A stretch of 64,000 nt of DNA from the human T2T-CHM13v2.0 reference genome, Homo sapiens, in assembly GCF_009914755.1 (NCBI RefSeq), contig NC_060929.1. The stretch is one strand, 5' to 3'. Below the pieces are notes generated by a model, which was not told the origin of the DNA, ran no database searches, and saw nothing but the letters and a program-made list of their open reading frames with translations. Position numbers and translations under genes: made by a program. The stretch's first letter is position 1; each line of letters begins with the position of its first letter. Below are positions 1 through 13,346 of this stretch, piece after piece.

Positions 1-1320
1 GTTTTCTTAGCTATAAAGTTGAAGTAATGGTTAGAAAAAAAATTGTTTATACCTGGCTTATCTTGTTGTGATGGTCTCAGGCAGAAACCAACCATTTCAT
101 GTTGTCTTCTGCTTTGTGGCCCAAATCATCTTGGAAACCCTGACTCCAAGGGTTTTTCAAATGTCAAGGTGACATATTTTGGGATAGCTTATTTTAAACC
201 TCATCATTATCTAATGAACATTTTTAAAACCCAAGGATATCTTACCAGTTCGTTTTTCTGAAATTGAGAAAGGCAAAATCAAGAAGAGCTGCTACAAGAA
301 TATATATAAGATAATCTTATCATTGCTATAGGGCTCAACTAAATAATCCAAGCTTAAATCAGTGCTAAATTTACCTCATAGCCATGGGCAGACCAGCTTT
401 TAGTAGATAGAGACTGACTCAAGGAATCTTAACTGTGTACACTGTTACTAGTTGAGATCCCAGTCTGTTGCAAAGAGAGTCTGACCAAATTTCAGTACAA
501 AATCCACCTGAGAAAACCGGTATCTAAAGACTATTAGGAAGGGCACTTATAAGGGCTGGCGTAATTACACTTAATTGTAGGATGGTCTTGGTAGAGATTT
601 CTCAGAATTTGTAAATTAGGGAGCTGCTGGAAGTGTTAGTAGTTACATTTTTAGAACATAAGTCCGTACAGAGTTACTATTAGGTCAGCTTTTCTGTGGT
701 CTTATCTACAACATATGAGCCTGAAAAAAATCAGTGTTAAAAAAGTTTGAATATAGATCATCTGTGATGCACATCTTGTCTGGGTCTGGTGAAGTTTATC
801 TGTTTTGCAAGTAAGGTACATTTTCAAGTTATGGTTTTGCTTTAGGTTTTCACCTCTTCTTTTGGATAAAGCATTTTTAAAAATATTTGACATTCTTGAT
901 AGCTAGTTATTGAAACTGGCCCAACTGGCCCATAGAACTGATGTTAACAGTTTTTGAATAAACATAGAAATTGACCCTCCCTGGTGTTAAAACTTGAAAC
1001 TTACATTTATCTTATTGGAGTTGCTTCCTCAGGAAACTGACCCTCAGGCAAGGAACTAAAACACCAGATCACCGTGACCAGAAAATGAGATGCCAGATCT
1101 CTAATCCATCATGACTTTATGTAGCTACATTCCTTTGCTGCTTTATAAACTCCCAATTTTAATCAGTTGAGAGAGATGGATTTGAGACTGATCGCCTCTC
1201 TCTCTAGCTGATGTCACCTGAATAAAAAGCCTTCTTCCCTGGCAATACTCATTGTTTCAGTGATTGGCTTTCTGTGCAGGAAGCAACAGGGTCCTCCCCT
1301 GGTACTTCAGTAACAGATTT

Positions 1321-1338
1321 TGGTTTCCTGACTGGGAA
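1321..1338 (+). promoter_or_regulatory. Primer-binding site, tRNA-Glu type
   Basis: tggtttcctgactgggaa versus TGGTTCCCTGACCGGGAA (complement of the tRNA-Glu 3' end), 16/18, 5 nt after the LTR end. Confidence 0.75.
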
Positions 1339-1521
1339 TGTGTTGCTCACAGTTCACTGGCCACAGGCCAGAAGAGTTTCAGAAGACCTCCTAGGCAGCT
1401 GCCTGTCTTTGTTTTTTTGGCCAAAGGTAAGTTTCAGTCTTTCTCTCTCTGGCCCACCATTGCCAGCCCCAGCCATCATCCTGATTGCCTAGGAAGAATC
1501 ACCCTTGAAAACTGACATCTG

Positions 1522-1685
1522 GGGAGGCTGAGGCAAGAGAATTGTGTGAACCCAGGAGGCGGAGCTTGCAGTGAGCCGAGATTGCGTCACTGCACTCCAG
1601 CCTGGGTGACAGAGCAAGACTCTGTCAAAAAAAAAAAAAGAAAGAAAGGAAGGAAGGAAGAAAGAAAGAGAAAGAAAGAAAGAAA

Positions 1686-1758
<73 letters not shown>

Positions 1759-1775
1759 AAAGGAAGAAAGAAAAA
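1522..1775 (+). mobile_element. 5'-truncated Alu (right arm, AluY-like) with a (GAAA)n tail
   Basis: Right-arm consensus; TSD aaaactgacatctg / aaaattgacgtctg. Confidence 0.9.
1640..1770 (+). repeat. (GAAA)n/(GGAA)n tetranucleotide microsatellite
   Basis: Seen directly. Confidence 0.95.
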
Positions 1776-2722
1776 ATTGACGTCTGTCTCTGGACAGATA
1801 AGTGTCTTTTGTGGGTAGCTGACAGCAAATATGGCTCCTCTAGATTTGAGGAATCTATTTGCAGGTTGAACAAGCCTAACCAATGAAGAGAGGAAAGCTC
1901 CCTGTCTCAGTTTGGACACTCTTGAGGCTTGTTAATAATTGCTTATTTGTGTCTGTATGTGCACATCTGCATCTGGACAAGTGAGTGTCTTCTGTGAGTC
2001 CAAAAAGCAGGAACTGCTCCTCTTGATTTGGGGAATTCTGAAGGAATTTCCATTTGAGGTTGAACAAGCCAAGCAGCTGAGAGAGGAAAGCACCCTGACT
2101 CAGTCTGGACACTCTTGGGGCTTGTTGATCACTGCTGCAGTTGGATTGTGTCTTGGTGACTGCTTATGTGTATGTCAATGCAGACATGGGAGGCTGGGGT
2201 TCGATCCCAGAGTGCAGCCCACTTGGGTGCATTTCAGGGTTGGTCTGAAGGTAGTTGTGGGCCAATGGAGTAAGGGAAAATCTATGGCCATACCACCCGG
2301 AATGTGCCTGACTTTACCCAATCTTGGAAAGTCTTTGAATTGTAGTACTGTCCTTAATGGGAAAGCAGGATATAGTTCCTTGCATCCAGGCTTTTATGCT
2401 GCTGTTCTAAGCAGGGTCAGGCCTAGTTATTACATGATGTTCTGCGTTGCTGTTTGGCCCTAGTATTCTTTGGAGTGTGAAGAAACTTGGCCTTTAAAAA
2501 TTAAACTTCTATGAAAACTGCTTTACCCAAAATCTTGGCTCACAGCCTTCATTGGATTACCTATTAGGGCAAAGTTTAGCCATGTGAACATATTCATAAC
2601 TCACGGCTAGAATTCCAAGGTAAAAGCTATTGGATCTTTCTTTGTAAGTGGGTACATGTGTCTAAATGTCATGTGTTGTTTTTACAGAGTACCAAATTGG
2701 CTTTTAAATAAAGGAGTACTCT

Positions 2723-3209
<487 letters not shown>

Positions 3210-6200
3210 TTAAACTATGGTTTGGCACAAAAGGTTATAAGACTATAAACCCAGTCATGGACAGAATGATCTTTGTGTGATTTTTTTTAATAAATAAGGC
3301 TAATTTAATATTGTTAGTGTAATTTTCAAAAACAGTTGAATCTGGGTTATTGGGAAAATATCCATGTATTTAAACTTCTTACTGAGATGAACACCTGATA
3401 CTCACAGGTTATAAAAATGGTTAACAAGGAAATGATAACTAGCTTTGTCTAATATCTCAGTTCTCATAAGTAACCTAGATAAACTGCTAAAATGAATGAA
3501 ATGTAAAGAGGATAAATGTTATAGGTAAACTCTTTATGTAATTTAAAATATTGAAATTATTTTGGATGCTCATTAGATGTCTGTGTCATTCTAAGTAAGA
3601 AAGGATTATGATATGGGGAAACAGGTTGTTTTTCAAATAGTGGAATGTTTTCATCTATAAAACGCTAATATCTGATAGTTCAGGTTTTTTCTTCCTAGAT
3701 TTTCACTAAAATTTAAAGTTACTAAGCACAAGAATTCTAAGTAATATATAATTCTGTATATAAAATGTGCCATAAAAGATATGCTTTTATTGAGAAAAAG
3801 AATAATTTTCTTTAATTCAGAAGTTATCTAAAGATTAATTCAAATTATGGACTTGGAAGGTTATGTATGAAACAAGGTAGAAAGGAACCAGTAAGTAGAG
3901 GAGAGAGATGTAAAAAAGATTGGTCCCCTGTATTAGAACAAGGTTTCTTTAAAATTTTGCCTTGCTGTTACTAAAACTACAAGAGGTTTTGATTTTGATG
4001 CTATAACCACTTTTTGAAAACTTATCAGATTCGTATCTCAGAAGTGGAACTCTGTTGTGCCTTGCTATTTTAGCTGTTTCGTCCCCTTGCAAAGGCCTGA
4101 GATAATAGCCCTCTCCTTCAACTTTTTCACCAGCTCCTGTAATTTTTTTCCTCTGGTTCTAACCACAGTTGTGTCTGGAATGTTTATCTTAAAGGATTAG
4201 AAAGCAATGCTTTCCTCCAGTATAACTTGATGCTGTACTCTTGGCTTTTCTTGATAACGTCTGAATTGCTCCACGTAACCAGAAAACTTCTCATGCTGTT
4301 CCCCTGCTCAAGGTACCAGTTTTCTAGTTTCTTGTTTCCTCTGTAATATAATGTTCACTCATGACTCTGAACACATGCCTCCTGTGTCTGATCAATTCCA
4401 GTACCCTTTTCATCAGGTTATCTAAATGGGCTTCCTATAAGGAGAAGCAATCACACTGCAGAAGATCTTTCTTTGCCTTTTGGTAACTAGCCTAAGAAAC
4501 AGATTTTACATTTCATCAAGATAATTTCTATGTCATTGTTATTAGCTTTTTGATTGCTTAAAAAAACTGAGATTTAAAAGAATTAAGGCTTTTACAAACA
4601 TGAAACTTTCTGTATTGCTTTTAAAGTCCTTGTGCCATTAAGTTACAGAGCTTTCACTCCTGGATCTGAAAATGGCACCAACTCCTACTAAATCTTGAAC
4701 ATTGACACCAGTCAAAACCTCGTCTTCAGACCCAGGAGAAGGTGACAATCAAAGTGAACTGCTTTCATGAGACACAGGGCCAGAAACAAACTACTGAATC
4801 CCTCTAGGCTCAGGACTATCATAGAAGAAAGAGGTATGAGATTGTAAGGGCCAATTTTGAGGAATAAAATCTGTTAAGGGTTTTTCTATAAATTAAATGT
4901 TAATATCAAGAACACGCTGATGCAAGGCCAGAATCTAGGCCCCTGTGTTAGAATAATGTATGTTACATTAACCTTTGCTTCCTGGGTGGCCATGGTATGG
5001 AGCTGCAACTGTGCTGCATTCAGTTATTAAAGGTAAAGTTACCAGTGAAATTTAGATATGAATTCAACTCCTGGGGAGTTGGTTCCCTGGATGTAAAAGG
5101 AAGTACAAACTAATAAGGAAAAAGCAAAATATTGAATCCCTTTGTTACTGTTATCTATAATAGCTACAATGGAAGTAAGAGAGTGCTGGGTTGGGTCTGG
5201 AGTCTGGACCAGGCTCAGATGTGGGTCTGTCTGAGCTCAGATCACTAGCCTCAAAGCTACCACAAAAGGGGAGAATATGCCAACGTACTAAAATTACCTC
5301 TGAAATCTGTGATTTCCAAGAAGGTAGTCAATGTGGGGGGAAGGGCAAAACAGAGTAGAGAGTAACTATTACAACCAGAAGGTATAATGTGAAGAAATTA
5401 TTCCATTTTGTAGATTGGTATCATCAGTTTCCTAAGAAATCCTTACTAAAATCAATTGTGAGAGTAACTAATTTGGGAGCAATGTCTTTTAAATGCAGCA
5501 GAGTGGAAGAGCATGTTTTGGTGGATGCAGGATCCATAGCTCACAATTGAGCAATCACAGATGGATGTATATGTAAACTAGACACATGGGACATTATTCC
5601 CAAGAGAACAGCCAGCCTTTTGGACTGGGTAAAAGCCACTATAAGAGCTGCTTGCCCTCAGAAAAAGAACTGCTCGATTTCACCTATCAATGACAAGTGA
5701 AGCACCTCAGATGAAGCAGCTGGTGTGCTTTTGTATGCAAACCATGGGAGACTGGCTGTATAATGACAGGAATATTAAACTTACTTTTCGGCTTTTGGTT
5801 TTGGGCTTCTTTGTTACTTAAAGGGCTTTAAGGGTTAATGAGTGCCTGTCCACTTCCATTTCTGTCAGGACTAGAACATTTAATTGGCTATAAGTCTTCT
5901 GACTCTAAGTTCTTTGGCCATAGGGTTCCCACTGAGGGACAGGATGGACCCAGGGCACATAGCCACACCACCCCAGCAACAATATAGGACAAAATAAAAG
6001 TTTGGACATGGATGCTGCCTCTGGCATGCATTGACAAAAAGGGGCCAAACTAAAAATAGAGTCCTAAGTCCCCCATCTGACTAACTGGACCTACTTTTGG
6101 CCAAGGAGACCCCCATTGCCAAAAGACAAATTTTATCTGGGAAAAAAGCTTGCTTTTTGCCCTGCTGAGGATCTGAGTAGCCCTCATAAGTGGGTTGGCT

Positions 6201-8161
6201 CTTATCCCCTTTGAAATGTGTGAGGACCATTTCACCAGACTCCCTGTCACTTGAGGATTGTTTCTCTTCTGAAACAGAAGCTAGATCCTATGTAAAACAA
6301 TAAGGAAATATACCAACTAGTCTCTCAGAGTTTTTTTCCAACAGGCTCCAGTTCCCTATAGAAGTGCCTCTCCACTCTCTGAAAATGCAGACCATGTCCA
6401 AGACCTAGAAATTACACCAGGGTGATGACCAGCTGCAACCACATGGGTCAGCTCTTTTGAGGTGTTGCTGACCACTCACTCATCTGTTCTGTTAGCTGGT
6501 GTTAAGCCATGGATTCATCATACTCAAGTAAAACTAGTGCCTCTGGGATTCATCATACTCAGATACAACCAGTGCCTCTGGGACCCTTCCAGGGGTAACA
6601 GTTATGGTTTTCTGAAACCTTAGACAGCCTTGAGTTGATATTCAAAACCCAGCCAAAGACCGTAGATGTGAAACCATAAAGTGAACATGCACTTTTCAGA
6701 CTGTTATTGCTCTCCAAAAAAAGACATCTTTTTGCATGCAGGATGTAATGAATCAGGAAGACCTTTGGTAGGTTTAGGATTATTCTCTTGGACTCCCCAG
6801 GAGATCCACTCTATATTCTCTGGTATTTTTAAATTTGATTTATCTATGTTATTAATCATCTGAGTTTCTAAAACCATTAATAGAAGTACCCAGATCCTGG
6901 TGCTCCAACAAGCCAGATGCCAACCAGGTACTCATGAGTACTTTCAATTGCAGATGTGATGTTTTCATTCCTCATCATTATCCCACAGTGCTCCTCTTCA
7001 GCATGAAGCAACCAGGAGGATCAATGATCAGGTTCCATATGATTGAGGGGTTGATAAATAGAGGGGACTGAAATTGGCCAAATTGGCCCAAAAAACTGAT
7101 GTTTACAGTTTTTAAAATAAATATAGAAATTGGCCCTCTCTGATGTTGAAACGTGAAACTTACATTTGTCTTACTTGAGTTCCTTCCTCAGGAAACTGAC
7201 CCTCAGGCAAGGAACTGAAACACCGGATCACCCATCCAATGAGATACCAGAGCCTTCATATGGCATGATTGCTGCTTTACCCATTCCTGATTTCTGTTTT
7301 CCCACATGTAGCTACATTCCTTCCCTGCTATAGGAACCCCCAATTTTAGTTGGTTGGGAGAGGCGGATTTGAGACTGATCTCCCAACTTTCTGGCTGACG
7401 TCACCTGAATAAAAAGCCTTCTTCCCTGGCAGGACTTATTCTCTCAGAGACTGGCTTTCTGTGCAGCAAGGAGCAAGACCAAGACCAATGTTGCCTGGCA
7501 TTCTGATAACATTGCTGTCCAGTTTTACAAGTGAGAAGACTGAGGCTCAAAGAGGTTGCACACCAGGCACAGTGCCAGAGCCAGCGTTCACACAAGGGTC
7601 TGTCTTCAAAACTTATAGTTTTTCCACTAAACTGGGCATTCCCCTGGATTTTGAACCCTGTCTCTGCTACCTATTAACCCTTACTGGTAACAGGGTTTAT
7701 ATTTTTCACTGGAGACATACTCTTTCTTCATGGTGTGTGATCCTGGTGGGATGGTCAGTCAGGGTATCCTGGCACCCCTGCCAAGAAAAGTTGAAGCAGA
7801 TCCTTCCCAAGTGTCCCTTTATTCCTTCTACCTGGGTCCTTGGGGCTTCCCTTATTTCTGCCTTGTCTGAGACTCGTCTGGATTTTTTTTTTCCTTTGAT
7901 ATGAGCCATCTTACATATTTCTAGTAAATTCTATTCTTAGTTAAGTCATCCAGAGTCTGTTTCTATTGCTCATAAAATTCCTAATTACAACAGTTGTAGT
8001 ACACACCTCATGGAGGCAGTGGGAAGACTAAATGACATTTTCTTTACATAGCAGTTAGCTCAATACCTAGTACACAGTAAGTGCTCAATAAATATCAGTT
8101 GCTCTTACTACCACTACTGCTAATAATAATAACTATGAATACTATAGTATAAGACAGATTT

Positions 8162-8541
<380 letters not shown>

Positions 8542-8829
8542 CTAATATAAGGATTATTTCTTTGCTGTACTGCACCTCTTTGAGAGAATGGTGATCCCAT
8601 TTATTTGTGGGTTTATATGGATCTATAGCCTCAAATAAGTCATTTCAATATTCCCAAGTACTATTACTACACAGTTCACTATTTAATAACTAGGTGCATG
8701 GTTATACTATTTAATAGTTGGCGAGGTAACTAGCTGATAGAAAGAGACTAATCGGGTTGCCTTACTATAACAATATGAAGAAAAACTGAGAGAAAGAAAA
8801 CTGCCCACCAAAAACTCTTCCGTAAGGCA

Positions 8830-9160
8830 GAAAAGTAGTTCAGGTGAGCAATTACATTTACCAGCCTTCCTTGCATTCAGGGGTGATCGTTTGACTAGAT
8901 CTTGCTAACGGAATGTGAGTAAAAGTAATGTGTATCAATTCTGGTGTGCCTTCTCCTCATAGCCTTCCCACTTCCACCGGCCTCATGAAAAGGACTTTAA
9001 GACCCTAGGATATGGTAGAACCAGAAGACAGAAAGAGCCTGGGTCCCCATGTTACCACATGGAGGAAAGCTATCTGCCTACTAACCAGGAAAACCCACTG
9101 TATTACACAGCTGAAATTTTGTGGCTAATTTGCTGCACCAGCTATTACTCTAACAAATAC
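8830..9160 (+). mobile_element. Old MaLR LTR (MLT1J-like)
   Basis: cagccttccttgca...ggaatgtgagtaaaagtaatgtg...aaagagcctgggtcccc motifs. Confidence 0.55.
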
Positions 9161-10602
9161 AAAAGTTTAATTCCTAATTTAAATACACATAATTACAAAT
9201 CTTTCTCTAACATAGCCATAATTTAGAACAAGATATAAAGGAATGGTGCTCAACAGCAAATGTTAAGAAATTCCTGAGTAAGCTTCATACATGATTATTA
9301 TAATCAGCTGACTCCAACAATGTGATTCTTAGAGACAAATGGTTCTTTATTTTTTCCCACACATTGAGAACTATGATAAATTCCTAGATATAATAGTGAG
9401 TATCCAATAAAATGACAAAAAGATAATATCAATGCCTCTTAGGAAGAAGAGGGGAGATATAGCTTGCTCCCCATGACAGTTCAATTGAGAATCCTTTCTT
9501 GGCCCAAGTATATTTTTCCTCAATCTATTCTAAACAATCAAAAACGTGTCTAAGAAATATGTATCACAGCAGTACATCAGAGCAGCTTTGCTTCAAAAAG
9601 CCTATAGGCTGCCTTGTTTTGGCCTATACCCGTTTGCTTAAATTTTTCAGAAAGGAATAATTCTTTTTGGACATATTTCTATTTAACAATTGCAACATCC
9701 CTCCCTTTGGTATCTTTTCAGTTTTCATTTCAAACCATTTATTTGAATCCAGGACTATGAGAACCCCCTGACCATCTTCCTCCAGTCAAAACATTTCCTC
9801 AACATCTGCTTTTACTAATTTGCTAAACTTGTCTCCAGCCTCTGAACTTCAAAGAATCATATAAAAATATTTACTGAATTCTTTTAGATGATCCTTTAAG
9901 AGGTGAATATTGATTGGACTGAGTCCTTTCTTTCCTAAATCTGCATTTTAGACACATTTTAGAAATGCATTTTAGACACATTTAAATAGTTTTCACATTT
10001 AAATAGTTTTCAAACAGACAAAAAGTGGTTTCCTCACATTATGCAACAAAAACTTTAGGTAAAGTAAAATTCTTGTTAATTAGAAAAAGGAATGGACCCA
10101 TGGAAGAATTCAGGATGTAATGCAAGTAAATATTAGTAGTTAATTATTCTGTTTTTTTTTGTTTTTTTTTTTGGCAGGGTGGTGTTTTGTTTTGTTTTGA
10201 TGAAAGGATTTAAGGCATGAGCTTTATTTGTTTAATTGCATGTTACTCAGTTTACTGGAAATTCCTGAATGTTTTATAAACTAGAAGGCAGCAGGACATC
10301 ATAAAGGATATTAATAGTGTATATATCAAAAAAATTCACATTATTTCCCGGGAAAGGAAAGGGTGGCATTGATAACAAAGGCAAGCAGCACTCACCGAAT
10401 CACAGGCTTTCATTCATTTCCACAGGTAATGCTATGGCAGCTTTCCACTCTGTTTATCTCTGCTGAATGTAAATGCAGTTTAATAAGCATTTTGAGTGTC
10501 TACTATATAGAAGGCCATGGATATTAAAAGATGAGAAAGTCATGTTCTCAGCCTTCAAGGGGTTTCTGGTCCAGGCAAATAGATGCAATAAAAGGAATTA
10601 AA

Positions 10603-10745
10603 TTTAGGGTGATGAAAAAGTTCTGGAGATGAATAGTGGTGATTGCTGCACAATAGTATGAATGTACTTGAGGCCACTGTACTATGCACCAGAAAATGGT
10701 TGAGATGGTAGATTTTATGTTATGTATATTTTATCACACACACAA
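10603..10745 (+). mobile_element. L1M 3' end fragment
   Basis: ggtgatgaaaaagttctggagatg...ttttatgttatgtatattttatcac. Confidence 0.75.
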
Positions 10746-11112
10746 AAAGAAGGAATTAGAAACTCTCTCCTCTCCTTCTTCTGTCAGAGAAAGATGAATC
10801 AAAATAAATCAAGTGGCACCAGCACCATTCCTTGGGCAAGAGAATTAGAAGCCAATGTGTGTGTTTTTCCCATTTGGGATGCTGTCAGGTCTAGGCAGAT
10901 GGTAAACACTCAAAGGCATCTCAGCACCATCACAGGCTGCGTATTGTTCCTGAAGGACAAAGTCAGAGTCATGCCAGGGGGTAATGTTCTTTCCTGGAAA
11001 TGTACTGACTACAGTGTCTCTGAGGAAAATTAACTAATGATTTTGAAAAGTGTACCCTCTTTAGAGATGACCCAGTAAAGGCAGCTGCTGGGCTTCAGCT
11101 CCCACAGAAGGG

Positions 11113-11290
11113 CAGGGCCAGCTTCCTGGGCATGAGACCAGTGCAGTCACACAGGATGCCATGCTGAGAAGGGCTCCTGTTTAGGGCTCTGCTGCCACTA
11201 TCTCAAAATTGTTAATAATTTTTTTAACAAGAGGTTTAACATTATCATTTTACACCAGGCCCAGAAAATTAGGTAGGTAGCAAGTCCTGC
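11113..11290 (+). mobile_element. MER53-like hAT MITE
   Basis: cagggccagcttcctgggcatg...gtagcaagtcctg with terminal inverted ends. Confidence 0.6.
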
Positions 11291-11482
11291 AGAGGTGGAA
11301 GGACACAGCCCCTTTCTGTCCAGAGCCTTCATGAAGGGCAGAGAAGGGTAATGCTCAGAAGGATGCAGCCTCAGACATTTTGCAACATAGGAGAAGCCAA
11401 AAGAAACCCAGAGAGAGAAATCTCCCATGGAAGGGAATAGAGTTGTCTTCTAGACCAAGACACCAAAAAATGGGATTGCATA

Positions 11483-11483
<1 letters not shown>

Positions 11484-11520
<37 letters not shown>

Positions 11521-11540
11521 CTGTGTGTGTGTGTCTGTGT
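11484..11540 (+). repeat. (TG)n microsatellite
   Basis: Seen directly. Confidence 0.95.
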
Positions 11541-13162
11541 GGCAGGGTATGAGCCCAGTCAGGGGTACAGGCAGCATCCACATCACTAATTTGAAATGCC
11601 TTCCCTTAGGAAGTTCCCAGTTAACTAGAACTTTGACCTCTATAAAACCTTTCTTAGAATACTCAAACCTTCAAAAAAGATCTTATATACTGACATTAAA
11701 GTAAGTCATGTGGGTCTGGTGAAGGCTAATGGAGCTTTCCTTCTGAGCTCCGGTGTAGAAAGGCATTGTTGCTGACCTTCCTGTCTACTCACACTCCAGG
11801 CCTGCAAGAGGCCTTCTGCAGTAATGGAGACTCCCTAATGTAGGAGGGACCCAAGACGCTCCGAACTTCATGACTCACCCATCCCATGTGACGATTTCCC
11901 CATAAGAAGAAGGAAGGACTCTAAGACCCCCAGTGTTGTGTTGACATATAGATTATGGCATTATTATACAGTATAATTATGATTTCTTCTTGTGCTGTTT
12001 GAAATTTTTTATCATAGATATTTGTGAATGGCTTATTGAACCCTGTCAACTCACTGGGATATAAAGGTGACTTTTTTTGGCAGTAGCTATTCCTAGATGT
12101 CTTATATAAGTAATGCCTTCCTTCATATAATCTTGACCCAGTTCCATAAGTTTTAAGACACTCTGACTTATACAAACAGTACCCTTTCTGTTTCCATGAT
12201 TTAGTCCTATTTATTTAAAAAACTTCAGTAACACATCTGATTCAAATCTCTTCTCTCTACTCCCACCCCAGCCCCAAGCATACGCAAGAGCTTTGATTTT
12301 ACTCCTCTGAAGTGGAGGGTTTGACTTCCACACCTCTCCTCTCCTCTTCCTCTACCCACTGTTGCTTGCTACCCTGTCAGGGTGTGGCTGAGGGAGCAAG
12401 AAAGGAACAAAAACTACCCTCCTGACTGGGCCGGTCTTGACTGATTTGTTGCAGTCTTGCCTTAGTTTGGTAGTATTAATTGCTGTTTTCACTCATTGTA
12501 TATACACTCAGGGCAGTTGGTATGGATGGCTGGTTACTCCAACATGGCCCACTGGTAAAAAGCTCACTACCCACATCTGATTTTCCCCAATTCCCTGGCA
12601 AAGCAGACATCCCAAAAAGAAATAAAAATGATAGTTACCCTTTTGGAAGGTTGCCCTCCCAACCCTTTTTTTTTTTTAATGGAAATTCTTTCAGGACCTC
12701 CTCTTATCCTTGGGGAAAGAAAGCATCTTCTCTCCAAAATGTGAGTGAGGGGATAGACTTTCTTCTTGTGTTGACAGTGTGGAAGGAGGGTGGTTGGTTG
12801 TAGAGCTGGTTTCTGTATTTGTTTCCATCTTAAGCCTGAGGAGTGGTAGCTGAACCACCTGTTGGCTTTGCTTTGAACTAAAAATGTGGGATTTAGCCAT
12901 TATTCTGGTACAATCTGACAGCTTATTTGTTAACACTTGTATTTTCTTTATTAAAAATAAAAAATTATAATAACATATGGCCTATGAAAATATGGTATAG
13001 GTATACACAGAGAACACTTTCATAGAACAGCAAAGGGCTACTTCCCCAATCCTACAAAAGGAAGGATCATGAACAATTTGCTAAAGAAGAGAAAGTCTTA
13101 CCTAAATCATAATCGGAAAGTAGAAATTATCCTACTGGAAATGAAGAGGTAGAGGAAGGTTA

Positions 13163-13346
13163 ATCAACCTTGGCAATATTGACATTTGGGCCAGATAATT
13201 CTTTGTTATGGAAGGGTGACATTCTTGGACTCTATGCACTATGTGCCAGTAGCACCCCTCCCCAAGTTATGACAAACAAAAATGTCTGCAGATGTTGCCA
13301 ACTGTCTCTTCAAGGGACAAAATTGTCCCTGGTTGAAAATCACTGG
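13163..13346 (+). mobile_element. MER20 (hAT-Charlie)
   Basis: attgacatttgggccagataattctttg...gacaaacaaaaatgtctgcagatgttgcc...ggttgaaaatcactg. Confidence 0.8.

Noticed and set aside
1546-1919. K/E/R-rich and F/L/S-rich ORFs
   Set aside because: Translations of the Alu arm plus the (GAAA)n microsatellite.
1939-2463. 174-aa ORF
   Set aside because: Lies in the ERV leader, has a non-ATG start and shows no recognisable retroviral protein motif.
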